From Yuukianura sp. NJ FZ-2021 (Eukaryota): a stretch of DNA of 64,000 nt. Position 1 is the stretch's first letter. Each line of letters begins with the position of its first letter. The stretch is from positions 14,756,001 through 14,820,000 of the forward strand of contig CM102290.1 in the NCBI GenBank assembly GCA_046563655.1. Direction: 5' to 3'. This document shows positions 38,101 to 50,920 of the stretch, piece after piece. The notes beneath the pieces are model-generated. The model ran no database searches. It had not been told where the DNA came from and was given only the letters and a program-made list of their open reading frames with translations. Made by a program: the position numbers and the translations under genes.

Positions 38101-40696
38101 TGTTTTTTTATCACTAAAAAATTTGACATGATTTTTGTGTCATTGTTTTTCTTTGTTAAACTTTAAAAAGTTTATCTTGACGGGAATTGACGTCAATTAA
38201 AAACTTTTTTTTTTCAGAAGTGGCGGAAAACTTTTGAAATTTTGAATGATTTGATTAGACTGTGACCTTACCTTGAAAAAATTTGTTGCGCAATGCGGGA
38301 GTGCGCATGCGTCGAATATTGAAATGGTGCTTGGCTAGCCTAAGTTGGGGCAACTTGATACGGGATTGGTGGATGGAGTCATTCAAGTGTGGGAAAATTT
38401 AAATAGTTTTTGTTGTTCCGTTTTTTGTGGTTTTTAAATTGATCGACACGTCCTAAAAAGCCTTTTAAAGAACTTTCGTCATGATTCGCATCCGGAATCA
38501 CACAATCAATGCTTTGGACACGTTCGATCCTCGCTCCCAAATTGCCATTTTTTATGTAGTTGCAAAAATTTCAAAAAAGAAAAATTTTTTGGTTCCGGAT
38601 TTAGACAAAACGGCATTTTTTGAAAAACAAGATGCGTCTGACGCCTCTTCAGTCTTTAAGTGCACACGCACCAAATGTACAAATTTTTGCAAAAATTTTT
38701 TAACCAAAAGTCACAGGATTCGCCGCAAAATTGCCAGCTTCAAAAATTTGTCATTAACTAACAAATTTGCATAAGTCAAAATTTGCAAAAAGTGAAAATT
38801 TGGCAAGGTTGAAAATTTGCACAAGTGAAAATTTGTAATCAGTCGAATTTTGTTGTTTTTCCCTTCAGTTTCATCGTCGTTTAAAATTTAAGTTCATTTT
38901 GGGGTACAGTGAGAAATTTGTTTAGGAACCTTTTGGTTTCGCACAAATTGGAGAGATTCCCATGTCGTGGTGGGTTTGTGTCCCACCTCATCTTGCCCCA
39001 CCGTCGGCCCCACCTTGAGCTGGGTCTTTTAGTGCCATTTTGAAACTGCGGTTAATGACAACAGTAAAAAGGTGACAATCAGAGACAGCTCGTGGGTGGG
39101 GATGAATAAAAGATGAACAAACGAACTGACCAAAAAGCTGTGCAAAAAACAGTACGAGACAAAGAGGTTCCCTTTTTGACAATACGAGACAAAAAGGTTC
39201 TTCTTTTTGACAATAAATCTGAGGTTAAGAAGCGTAATAAATTTGGATGTCTCCCCTCCTTAATTTACGGGACGCACTGTACTTTATGTTTGTTATGCTC
39301 AAATCCTCCCGCTCAAAAAAGTGTAATGCATAACTGAGGTATTACGGTCACGACCAATCAGAATCCACGTTTCATTGCATCACACGACGCAGTCGCAGAT
39401 TAAATTTTTTTTTCTTGATGTAACTGACAGGGTGATTAGTCAAATCCAATTTGCGGATTAGCCAAAAGTTGCAAATTTGATGGCAACAAATTTGCAAATG
39501 CCAATTTGTAATTTTTATGTACTCGTAGTTACATAGAATCTTTAACATTTTAAATTTTGAGTCACAAAAAATTGTTTTAGATTTAAAATTTTGGGGTTTT
39601 GTTTGTTTTGTTGTTTTTTTCTTTGAAGTAGAAAATTTTGCATTTAGCCGAATTTTTTTTTTGTTAGAATAGTGGTTAGGCTTATTTTTAGAACTGTTTT
39701 TTGTTTTGAAAACCGGCTATTCGAAAAAGTGTTTAAAATTTTGATTTTGAAAAGATGTGAATTTGGAGTGACAATGACAATGTGAATAGTTGGAAATGAA
39801 TTGAATCTAATACTGAGATTTTTCTCACAATCTGACACCTAGGAAGAGGTCACACTTTTTTTTCAGATAAATCAGAAGCTGTGACATTCTGAAACCAACC
39901 ACCTACGCCTCACTCGCAAGGTTCCTTTAGCAATACTTTTTCCTTACCAGGTTAGGTAATAAGTTTCTTTTTTCCAAAAATGTCGCAGCAAACATTTTTT
40001 TTACTCTGAACTTGTGTATGACTATATTTGAATTAAAAATTTGCACTAAACTATATGGATAAAAAAAATTCGGAGCTAAAATTGCCAAAGGCCGCTACAT
40101 GGTTTCATTATTTGAAATTTTTGGGGGAAAACAATTAAAAAAAACCCAACCTGTTAAAAAAACTATTTCCCTCTTTAAAAACCTTGCCTGACTCATTTCA
40201 AACTTCCTACATTCCTCTAAGTGTTAAATTTAGTGTGTGTCAGAAATAACGTCAAGTCTGCCGAATAGTGAAGCCCCCCATGAGGTCAAACCGGCATGTC
40301 AAGAGCTTAGCAGGGGATTGGCTTGTCAGTATAAGTGTCTGACGATTCGTCAGACTTTTCAGAAATGTCATGCCTAACACGCATGCGAACAAATTGAAAA
40401 GTAGTGATTGTCTTACGTGCTTGGTCTTTGTCCAACGCTTGACTGTTGAACAGAACGCAGAGTCCCGTTTCAAAATTGACAGCTTGGCATGAGACGTTGT
40501 TTCTGCACGCATTGAGACACTCTGCCAACTGGAGAGTGCCTGTCTTCGTCTCCAGAATGTCTCCAGGAGAGGAGTACATCCAGCCAGTGACCAACTCAAA
40601 AGTGGCATCCACTGGAGGACAGTTCGTCACCTCGTATTGACCTGAGGTCACTCCGACCAACGTCACCATGGCAACCAGAGTTCCAAGGTTAACCAT
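32198..40696 (-). CDS. PAN/Apple x3 + zona pellucida domain single-pass membrane protein (neyo/nyobe/trynity-type apical ECM protein), ~671 aa. Exons 40417-40696, 35879-36086, 33558-34356, 32198-32926
   Basis: Signal peptide MVNLGTLVAMVTLVGVTSG. PAN repeats (FELVTG...CLNACRNNVSCQAVNFETGLC; KSQFPVFTMYAQK). ZP domain (CYNVTLDC...VGDPLALRFEI...LIDSRGCPTD...FEAFKFP...CAPVNC). Furin site RRRRR. TM FFVGSLFVAIQVAMISGWMFLW. Confidence 0.92.
34416..34636. mobile_element. CAAGGT-TIR MITE
   Basis: CAAGGTTC...GAACCTTG ends with inner CAGGTTG/CAACCTG. Flanks GTATTACG / CCATTACG. Confidence 0.75.
36093..36322. repeat. ~30-bp minisatellite (CAACATACCACAACATCAA...)
   Basis: About 8 tandem units in ZP gene intron 1. 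Confidence 0.9.
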
Positions 40697-43600
40697 AGTT
40701 TAAAATTGGCACCAAAGTTCAAAATGTGACAATTTGAGAAAAAGTTTGAGAGTTTGTTTTGTTCACTTTGAGAGTACAAAGTGAGGAGTGTGGAACCTAA
40801 ACCGTGGTTTTCACTGCGACTGCTCACTGTGGAATGAGGAGTTTCGTGGTCTGAGTCGTTGATTTTCTTGGCTACCCCAAGGGGGTCTTCTTGTCTTCAA
40901 CTTTTCCAAGTGCCGTAATCTTCGATCTGCACAACCACCAGAGTCCTAACCTTAGCTAAATAACATGGCTTTACCCGTCACCCGACGTCCATGGACGGAA
41001 CTTTGTGGACGGCCTTAATATAGTTTGTGGACGGCTTATGGACGATCTTATAATAAACTTAGAGAGAAACTCCTTTTGGAGGGGAAGATGTTACGCTGTC
41101 TCATCGAAGAGCTTATTGGCTATCATGGACGGAAACATATGGACGGAAACGTAAGGACGGAAGCGTATGGACGGATTTTTGTGAAAAGTTCTGGGCCTTC
41201 AGCAAGTTCTATGGATCCGTCCATGGACGACCGGTACGAAAATTTCCGTCCATGAGAGTGCTCCAAGTAGATCATCACCGCATTTAGGATGCTCAAGGTA
41301 AACTTGCGCACCCGTCTTATCTGCCCGAATCATTCCGTTCGTGCAACACGTTCCGTCCAAGATGGCCCTGCCACTGCGACTGACCATGGCCGTGAAGTTG
41401 TGAAGTTATGCAGAGGATTGGAGGAAGATGGGGAAATGACGCCCATTTCTGAGCGGATTTCATTCATTTCCTGAGGAGCAGAGGGGGAGGGCCCTTGAGT
41501 CGTGTCGAACTGTTGGACAAACAATCCGGAACGAAACGACTCGGCACTTGAGTGCTCTTCTTTAGTGGTCCATTAACTCCCAAATGACAATCCTTTCGTC
41601 TCTTCCCCATTGTTTTTACGAGCCCCACTCCTAACGGTTGTCAGAGGTGGACCAAATTGGGCCCACAACTGACCATCTACGGAAAATGACCAACATCGTC
41701 ATGGACACACGCATGGACACAGCAGTCCAACGCCTCATTTCACTCATGGCAAAAACGCTCCTTTTCCACACGCGTACCTTCATAAACAGACTTCATCCCA
41801 CCTCTTAACACCTCTAAATTCTCTCTTGTCACAATTTCTTTTTGTCAATTTTAAGAATTTATTGTTTTTTGGACAAAAAGTTGATCCCGAGTGATGCAAA
41901 CTTGTTTATGTTTGTGTTTTTTGGAAAAGAGAAGAGCATGAGGGGAGAAAAGTGGAGAGTTTGGGGTTGAGGAAGGTCGAGGATGTTTGGAGGGAGATAC
42001 CTATAATTAGTGAAGCGTGAATACCTCGGATGGACTTTCTGGAAGGTACCCCTGCGGTATCCGAGGTATCTGAGGTATCCGAGGTATCTTTTAATCCTGC
42101 AGTATCACCAAATCCGTCTCATTGTGAGAAGAAGATTGATGACACCCAGGGACTTTACAACCCTCCACTTACCACGCTCAATTTCAAAGGATTTACACAA
42201 AAAAGAGTGCCATGGCACGTAACACTTTGATTCAAACACGCCTGGGCAAAACACCCCAACCACTAAAACGCCACTTGTAACAAAATTGCACACAAAACGT
42301 TGAAATACAGATTCAAAACTACATAAAACTTTGAAAACAAATATAAAAAAATCAAATTGTAAACAAAACCGTAACGGACAAATTTGCGGAGAAGCAAAAA
42401 TGTAAAGTATAAATTTGTGTGTAAGAAATTTGTGACGAAATAACATGTATAGTTCCCAATAGGTTAGAAACAGAAATCAAAATATGAAATGATAGAATTA
42501 AAATAAAATCGTAACAGCAAATATGTACAACAGCAAAAGTGTACAGTGTAAATATGTATGCAAGAAATTTATGTAAAAATATGCACAATTCCAACATATT
42601 AAAAGATATTAATTTTGAAACTACATAATTCAAAATGTGAAAAATGCTTGAGTATAGGCAAAAATGTAACTGGAAATGTGTATAACAGTAAAAGTGTAAA
42701 ATGCAAATTTGCTAAAAAGTAAAATTTGTGTTGAGAGGGCTTGGAAAAAGAGTTGTGCCCAGTGATGCTACAGTGCTTTGAGAAGGAAATGGGACGCAAG
42801 TAAGTACATAGTGAATGACAGAAGGATTTGGAACATGATTGCGCATGCCCAGGCGCCGTTTTTGTGCTTACTTTGCTTCTGCTTACTTTGGAGGATTTAA
42901 AAGCCTTTGGAATTTGCAGGAGTATGACTCACTTTTATTCATTTTCAAAATGATGTTGTAATTTTTTGTAAATTTTTAAGTCTTTTTCCCAAGGGATTTG
43001 TAAATTATTGACCTCCTGATTTGGAAGGGAGCAGAAGGGAATGACCCCTTGAGGAAAATCCCTTTGGAAAACAATGCTGCCAGCACATTTTTGGATGCTG
43101 GCAGCACATTGTTGGATGCTGGCAGTATTGTTGTGGAGGTGATGACTGATGACTGTGAGGATGACAGTGCCAAAGGGGAGTAACTATGGCCAAAAGTAAT
43201 TGAATTAATTGGACATTGTTGGATTTTTGACGCCTTCTAATCATGCCCTGATTGTTAAAAAACCTCTGACTTTTTGAAATATCCAAAAATTTAGCAGTTT
43301 CAATTTTTTTTTATTTTCGACTTTTCACTGTAGGTCATGTGGGGTCATTGACCTTTTGTTACTGTTGACCATTCAGTGACATTTTGACACTTTTGCCTTA
43401 TTCCGACGACTACATGTTTTGTAAAATGACAAAAGTGTAATCTTGTATGGACATTCGTTATGTTGACGTAATTTGGGTACGGCATTTCGGCGCGAACATT
43501 GAATGTTCGTATGTTGTGTCTGGTGTGCTGAGTTTTGTTGATGGTAATCAGTGGACTCGTGCAATAATTATCACTCCAAAAGTAACATAGCGGATTCCTG

Positions 43601-43759
43601 CTCTTGTTGACCTCTCAAGTTAAAAGCATGTCTCAAGCAGTGGACATTTATGGAAGTGGACAGGGTTGGCCTCCCCTCCACCCAAAAACCCCCGTCTGGG
43701 CAATATAATCTACCGCAAGTGGGGAAAACAACAACTGTCTCAAATTTTAATTTTACTTG

Positions 43760-44025
43760 AAGGTGCCGGGAAATATGGTATTTAAAGTACCGGGAAATAG
43801 GGTAATTCAAGTGCCGAGTAATAGTATTTCTAGTGCCGGGAAATAGGGCGTTTGAAATACCGGGAAATAGGGTATTAGAAGTACCGGGAGATTTTGTAAT
43901 TCAAGTGCGGGGAAATATGTTAGTTGTTCAAGTGCCGGGAAATAGGGTATTTGAAAGTACCGGGAAATAGGGTATTTGAAGTACCGGGAAATAGGGTATT
44001 AGAAGTGGCGGGAAATAGGGTAATT
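43760..44025. repeat. ~21-bp minisatellite (GTACCGGGAAATAGGGTATTT)
   Basis: About 12 degenerate tandem units. Confidence 0.9.
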
Positions 44026-44754
44026 TGTGGTTGGGAGTGGAGTAACTCTGCTGGATGGAATTTATTGAGGAGGGAATGTTTGAATTTGGGATTTATGTAC
44101 TTGAGAACAAAGGAACTTGAGCAATTTGTGTGTTGAAGTAGCAGGTGAAATAGGTGTGGGTCTCAAAGCAAATAACCATCGTTTACCTAATTACATAACG
44201 ATCCACTTCACATTCTACACTCCATTTCCTCACCTTCTACAATTCATTTCCTCACCATTACTCACATTCAAACAAAAATCACAAAAGGTCAAGGGTTAAA
44301 CAAAGTTTACTTTCGGATAAATTTCAACTCCGTACAAACAAAAAGTTCAACTGGGAAATTTGAGCTTGTAGGTCATTGACTTCGGTGTTAGGGGCATTGA
44401 CCTTTTAGTTTTTTATGACTCATCTCTTTCTTTTGAGTTAGGTTAGTTTTTGATTGAAATTGCATAAGTTGATATGACTCATGAATAATGTTATTTTCCG
44501 AGTAGTACCTCAACATATGCATTTTGATTTTCCGTTTGAGTAGTTCGGCTAAACGTTTGAATTTTTTGGCGCGTGAGTGGTGGGCTTAAGTTTGGAATTT
44601 GGCGGGTGATTGAAAGGGAGTGGCGCTCTGCTTCACTCAACTGTTCTTTTTTTTTGATTTCCTGAGTGGCTCATCTGAATGCCGAAGTCAATTAAGGAAG
44701 CTCCGTTCGTTTCCACCTGAAGATGAATAATTGGAATCCACTTGTCAGCACTGG

Positions 44755-44969
44755 GTCACCGTAGCCTAACATGGTAGCACCTTCCGCTGTCATTCAAATG
44801 TCAATCTCACGACACCTCTGAGGTATCTGCGCCAGGCGACCAAGACATGAGTCGTGGGTTCGATTCCCGGGAGGGGCATGGGGGGCTGGGTGCCCTGGAG
44901 GTCAAGCGGTTTGGGTGTCCTGTCAAAGTCCGCGGTTCGATTCCTCCTCCGGGGACAACACACTTTTTT
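44755..44969 (+). ncRNA. Putative Pol III tRNA-derived element (SINE head or small RNA)
   Basis: A-box-like TAGCCTAACATGG (44762-44774). Two B-boxes GGTTCGATTCC (44857-44867, 44934-44944). T6 terminator at 44964-44969. No clean cloverleaf. Confidence 0.5.
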
Positions 44970-46534
44970 AATGTTCAACTCTGCAGTGACCTCGTCTTTT
45001 TCTTTTGGAGGACACCATGATGATAAGGTGAGTGGCGAAAATGTTGTTTGCGAAATTCCTCACTTTTGCATTGTTGTTGAAACGATTTTCTGCAATGCGA
45101 AAACATTAGCGAATGATTTTGCATTGCCAAAACGAGTTTGGAAAACAATGTGAATCCCACCACCATCACTCATCCAACTCATTCTCAAGCTACCCTGCTC
45201 ACAAACCTGTCATGGGTGAAAAATGGTCAACGACATTTGGTCAACACAAGAGCCTCAGCAATATTTTAGTTCATACTACATCTTGATCAACAGTTTTCCT
45301 AAATCTCCTCAAAAGTTCAACTCGTAAGGTGCAATTAGTCAATATCAAAACTGTCAAAAATAGTGTTTAAGACGTGTCCAAAAAGCACAGGCAAACCAAA
45401 AATTTTCCTTTTGTTTGTGTGAAAACTGTGTTACAGCAGCATGCAAAAAAGTCAACAAATCAGTAACAAAAAATTGCAATGGAGAAAAACCTGATTACCT
45501 TATTCCTAAATTGTAAGTTGATCGTTTTGCCGTTGACCTTTTTGTCAGAGCTCGTCCTGTAGCCACGTTTACTTTGACGTAGACTAAAAAAAAATCTCAT
45601 CCCTAGTTAAAAAAAAATTTAGTTATTTTTAACTTGCGAGTTGACCGTTTTGCCGTTGACTTATTTGTCGAAGCTTATCCAGAGCCATGTCCACTTTGAA
45701 TATTTTTCATTTCCTGTTCCTTTCTCTTTTAACACAACTTTTTGAAGAATCTTTACAAAATTGTGGTTGTCGAGGGAACCTGTTCTCAAAATCCTCTTGT
45801 GCCAGTCAGAGGTCAAAGGTTAAACTCACTCTCAACTAAATAAAAATGGAAATGAGGTGTGCTGGTAACTGTAAGATTTTAATGGTGGATTACAATGGGC
45901 CATTATCCTAATAGTCCCACACTCATTTCATCCTGGATCGTCCGCGCATGCGCATAAATGACCTGCCACAAACATGCGCAATTTGACCCCCCAAGTGACC
46001 GGTGGAATGTGGGTCACGATGAATTGGGTTTTTGCACGGTTTCGTGTGCAGGGTCACATTTGAGCCGAATCAATTCGGATTGATGGTGAGACGAATTTTG
46101 CACAGGTCACAAAAAACTGTGAAAACGGCATAACCTCAACCCACCTAACCTAATAACCGTCTTTTTTCTCAGGATCGATCAAATTTCAAACCAATTTCAC
46201 AATTCGTCACGTTGTAAAAATTTAGCATGATCCGGAATTCGACTCGGATGTCAACAATCGGCACTTTTCACACGCCTTGTTAGGCTACCTAACCTAATCT
46301 AAACTCTAATCTAAACATCACGTAACTTTAAATTAGTAGTTTACAACGCTATCAACAAAATTTAACACAGCATAACTAACAAGCACTTACCAAATTTTAC
46401 CAAATTTTACATATTCCAAAATTAACAGTTACTTTTAGCAAATTATACACAGTTTTATTATATAATTTAGTTTATTTTTTATTTTACAAATTTTACCAAA
46501 AATCTGGACTTGCTAAATTTTGCCTTGTAGCAAC

Positions 46535-46797
46535 CAAGGTTCGTAAACAAACAAATTGTTTATTGTACACCAGGTTGTCGAATAAGTCCACGTTTTTAAT
46601 TTTCTCAAATAATTTGCAAAACTTGTGTCGCCGTGCCTTTCTATGGCAATGATTTGTATGTAATTTAATAGGAATTGGGGAAGAATTGTTTGCAGGAAGA
46701 TTTTTGTAAACCTTCCTTTAGTTAGAATGGAGTAATTAATGGAGTTATTGGAGAAGCTGTTGTAGGAAATATGTATTTCGGTTGTCAAGGCACCTTG
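46535..46797. mobile_element. CAAGGT-TIR MITE (degenerate)
   Basis: CAAGGTTCG...ACACCAGGTTGTC start and TTCGGTTGTCAAGGCACCTTG end, as in the copies at 34416 and 56069. Confidence 0.65.
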
Positions 46798-47912
46798 GTG
46801 CCGAATTTTACCATGTTGTACCTACAACTTTATCAAAAGTTTCAAAATTTTTTCCAAATTTACATAGAGTTAGGTAAATTTACAAAATTTGATTTTGGTT
46901 GACACAAGTGATAACCTACTGACTTGAGTTGAATGACCTTTGTGCATATTTTAGCAGTTTTAGCACAATTCCTCCTAAAAGTTCCATAAAAACGAATGTC
47001 TGTTAAAGCCGTGTGGAATTTGGCGTCATGTTGATAATTTATTTTTACCGCCAACGCAAATTTGAAATTTCCAAGGAAAGGTTCATTTTTTCCTGCGTAG
47101 AGAAGAATCGGTGTGTCAGGCGGTTAGTGATCACAAATACAATCCACTTTGATGCAGTTGAGGAAGTTCGTCAGTGTATTTGCGTAAGCAAGGCTAATCA
47201 AAATCATAATTTAGGTGATTACACACCTCCTACCACTTTTTAGTCATAATCTAAACTTTAACAAACTAACTTTTAACTTTTAAAGTGGAACCAGGAAAAC
47301 CACCGTGGCACAACCAATTACAGCAAACAGTTTGCGAAATTTCAAATTTTGCAAGTTGCGGATATAGGCATTTTGGGGTTCTGAAAATTTAATGTTCCTG
47401 ACTGTACACAAAACATGTTAGTTTTTTATGGGAAATTTTATGACAACATTTGAAAAAAAAGTTCAGAAGAACCATAACCATAAATTGAAATCAAAGTTTA
47501 AAAAGTTAATGTTGTTGAAATGTTGTTAACATTAAACGAGCATTTTCACATTTCAAATCTCCCAAATGTGACGGGAATTGATAATTATAACAAAATTTCT
47601 CGAACGTTTTTAGCAAAAATTTTTAAAATGTGAGAAAAAAAGTTTGGCTGAAACGGAGAAAGATTTTTTTTTTTACGTTTTTTCAACGTTTTGACTGATT
47701 TTTCAGGTTGATTATCATTTCATGTGGAATTTCTTCATCAGCAATTAGGTCAAACCGATCAGGTCAACAAAATAAGCAAGTAAATTTTGAAAGGTCGACT
47801 ATTTAGTAAATTCATAATTCGGAAGGACAATAATTTTGGATATGGAATTATCTCAACTTGTTATGCACGAGTAATCCTGGAGTTTGGGATATTTGAGATA
47901 ACACTGCGGCTC

Positions 47913-48169
47913 CAAGGTGTGTCGACTTTGATTTTCTTTAATAGGTTGGGTAATACCTCATGTTTTTTCATTTTGCAAAAATAAGTATCCTTTTATTTCA
48001 GGGCATCGTAGTCATAATACAGCCGAATTTTTTTAAATTTGGCATACGAATAGGTAGCACTTTTTCGGGTTGGTACTAAAATTGGAACCAATTTTTGTTT
48101 TTCTGTCAATAAGCGAAGTAGTACGCAACCTGTTAAAGAAAATTAACTTTTCGTTGTCAAGGAACCTTG
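47913..48169. mobile_element. CAAGGT-TIR MITE
   Basis: CAAGGT...ACCTTG ends. 9-bp TSD CTGCGGCTC / CTGCGGTTC. The right end is near-identical to 26248-26304 and to the reverse copy at 52475. Confidence 0.8.
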
Positions 48170-48994
48170 CTGCGGTTCCAATGTCCCAATTTGGAAGCTG
48201 GATCGTATCGTATCATGATCGTGAGTAGTTCTGTCCGAAAGTGTATCATTTGATATGATACTGGCAGTGTTAGGGTGACAGTTGATTTGAATCTGACGTT
48301 GGCAGGGACCATGTCCAACTTATCAGTTTACGCAGAAGAACAATACAGTTTGAACAACCTGTTGAATCCAGTATATCAATTGAGTCCCACCGCCTTTGGC
48401 CAGTAGTGGTCCAGCAGTGTTCCTGGAACTGTCTTGCTCCAGTGACAACGGGTATCCCAGTGGACACGGTCTATGAACCACAAGTCACAGTCATAGTTAA
48501 ATCTTAGTTTTTAACTTTAACTTACCAATTAAGTCTAACGTTAACTTTAAGCCAAGAGTGAAGGGAGGGACAAGGAAATGTACTGCCAAGTATCACCAGT
48601 TGACGAACGTGCTTAAGTTCCCAACTATTTCATTTATCGCCTTCCAGAATCTAAAAAGTAAAAGGACAGACGTCAGCACTAAAAAGGACTAATCAGCAAA
48701 CTTAGTTTTAGAAACTAAAAAGTAATTAAAGTTCACTTCCACGCACAATTAACGTGTCGGTCTATTTTGGATGTATCCTCGTCTGGTTCTAGATAAACAA
48801 TTGCTAATGTTAACTCTTGACTTGTGTTTAAATCATACACTTGTGAATTACCTTAAGTGTTGTTGTTCAAAGTGATCCATCCAGGAAGGAGTCCAGAGTT
48901 GAAATCTAATTTTGGACACGACGATCTCATAATCAAAGTAAGTCAAATCTCTCTTTTTAGCACTCCACTTAATTTTCAGACGCCAAATAAAATA

Positions 48995-49113
48995 CCGTAA
49001 ATTTCCAAATAGTGTCCCTCTGCCAACTATTAATGTCCCGGCTCCCTAAGTACCCGTCACCCGAACGCCGACCAGAAAATTATTACCCGGGGGTACTATT
49101 TGGAAAATTACGG
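48995..49113. mobile_element. Short Tc1/mariner(pogo)-type MITE
   Basis: TA-flanked TIRs CCGTAAATTTCCAAATAGTGTCCC / GGGTACTATTTGGAAAATTACGG. Confidence 0.8.
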
Positions 49114-50329
49114 TAGGATGTTCGCCCAAGCATAAATTATGTACGGCCGTAGTCGGTTCTAAACAGTAACAATTGTTATTACATAAAACTGAACCATTGT
49201 GTTTCTTTTGTTAACGAAAATGTGTGTTTGTCGCTCATGTTTGGCTAATGTGGAAAACTAGCGAAGTGAATCCATTATGCTCTAAACCGGATTGAGTGAC
49301 CTTGTCCTTGAGTGGCCATGTTGACTGGCCCATTGTGTCCAGCTGTAATTGATGCCATCACACCTTTGTTTCATTCCAGTAGACAACCCCATTGTGCCCA
49401 GTGTTTGCTAAAAAGTTAAAAGTGGATGATTACGTTATCGACTAAACCACAATTGGAACTAAGGTTAGCGTGTGTGTGGGACGTGGGCCAATGACTGGAA
49501 CTGGTTAATTGGCCCCACTGTGAATTGTTTATAGTAGACACAATAACATTAAGTTTGTGTTAAGGTGTGCCGAGTGGTGTGACATCTCTGAGACGTTGGT
49601 GGTGCATAGCCTGTGTTCGGTGGGGAGGCCAGCAGGAGGATATTTGAGTCTGGAATGGACAAGCCTATTGCTTTTTAGTCTCTTCCTCAACTTCAATCAA
49701 AATGAAAATAAGTTTAGTCATAAGGTCAAAGGTAGAATCCAGCAATTTAGAACAAACTCCAGTTCTAAACGTTCAATTAACGTCAGAATGTGACCGTTAG
49801 CCAAAAGAGGCCAATGGATAGTCCATTACTACGTCAAGGTAAGTTCCAGTGAATCGGGTGTTGTGTCATTTGTCCATTCATTAACTTTAGTTCCTGTCTA
49901 CTCATTAATTAGATAAACAGTCAATTACTTTAGTTAAACATAAGCTTAGTTGCCTACTATAATGTTTGTAAATATTGGAGAGTGGTGACCTTTGGATGTG
50001 GGCTGGTGGTGGACCACGTTAAGAATGTAAGTAGTAAGATACTGCCAGTATCTAACTACTGACTACTGGGCCAGTATTATACTTGGCCAGTAGTCGGTAG
50101 TCATGGTGATGCTGGTTGACAAACTAGTGGTATTAGTGGGAAGTCCATGTTCCGTGATACTCTAGGATTCCAGAATGTGGGTTTTAATTTTTGAAGTGTT
50201 TTAGTGATAAGTGTTAATCTGAATTTCGTAAGGTGTTTAACTAGTACTATGTTATCACTATCAAAACTAATCAACTAATTGTTAATCAATCAATTGTTAA
50301 CCAATCATTTTTTGTTCTTGTATTTCCAG

Positions 50330-50535
50330 TTACCCGGCTCAGAAGAGTAACTGGACGGTGACCACCACTGACCCTCAACTTAATAACTCTAACTTCCTTA
50401 AATCCACTCAAATCAACCTCAACTTTGTTCAATTAGTTAGTAAATTCTTCTACGAGAGCCTGGATACTTAAATTTGAGTCAACTCAGCGTTGTTCGTGTA
50501 CGAACTTAGTGACCCAGTGCTTATCCGGCAAACAG
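50330..50535 (+). other. Probable non-coding 5'UTR exon of PMCA (an upstream exon probably ends at the donor at 48938)
   Basis: Strong acceptor TTTTTGTTCTTGTATTTCCAG and donor CAG|GTGACT. Upstream AA|GTAAGT at 48938. Downstream acceptor TTTTAG at 55852, just before the PMCA ATG. Confidence 0.45.
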
Positions 50536-50582
50536 GTGACTCACATTCTCAATTAATAGTTAACATTGTACTCTCTAGCAGG

Positions 50583-50751
50583 TCATTAGCTCCAAAACAA
50601 TAAGCACGAATTGAGCAACTTGGCAACACTGGAAGTGAACCTTACTGGGGCGTAGGGTAGGGTTTTTAAAGTGTGTCTTAGCTTTCATTGGTAATATAGA
50701 TTCAGTGTTGCCAAGTTGTGAAATTCGCACTTATCGTTTTCGCGCTAATGA
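50583..50751. mobile_element. MITE-like inverted repeat (~49-bp arms)
   Basis: TCATTAGC...CAACTTGGCAACACTG / CAGTGTTGCCAAGTTG...GCTAATGA. Confidence 0.7.
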
Positions 50752-50779
50752 TGTGGTATCTTTTAGTCTATATCCTGTA

Positions 50780-50920
50780 ATATTATGCTAATATGCTGGA
50801 ATATTATATCAATATGCTGGAATATTATGTCAATATGCTGGAATAATATGTCGATATTCTGGAATATGATGTTGATATTCTGGAATATTAAAATATTATG
50901 TTAATATGCTGGAATATTCA
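50780..50920. repeat. ~20-bp minisatellite (AATATGCTGGAATATTATGT)
   Basis: Visible tandem units. Confidence 0.8.

Noticed and set aside
40985..41400. ATGGACGG-rich region (similar motifs at 51825-51920) as a gene or element
   Set aside because: It is probably a decayed repeat. No termini, TSD or credible ORF could be defined.
44755..44960. Canonical tRNA, tRNA-Sec or telomerase RNA
   Set aside because: The D, anticodon and T stems do not close properly. CCTAAC is too short to argue for a TTAGG template.
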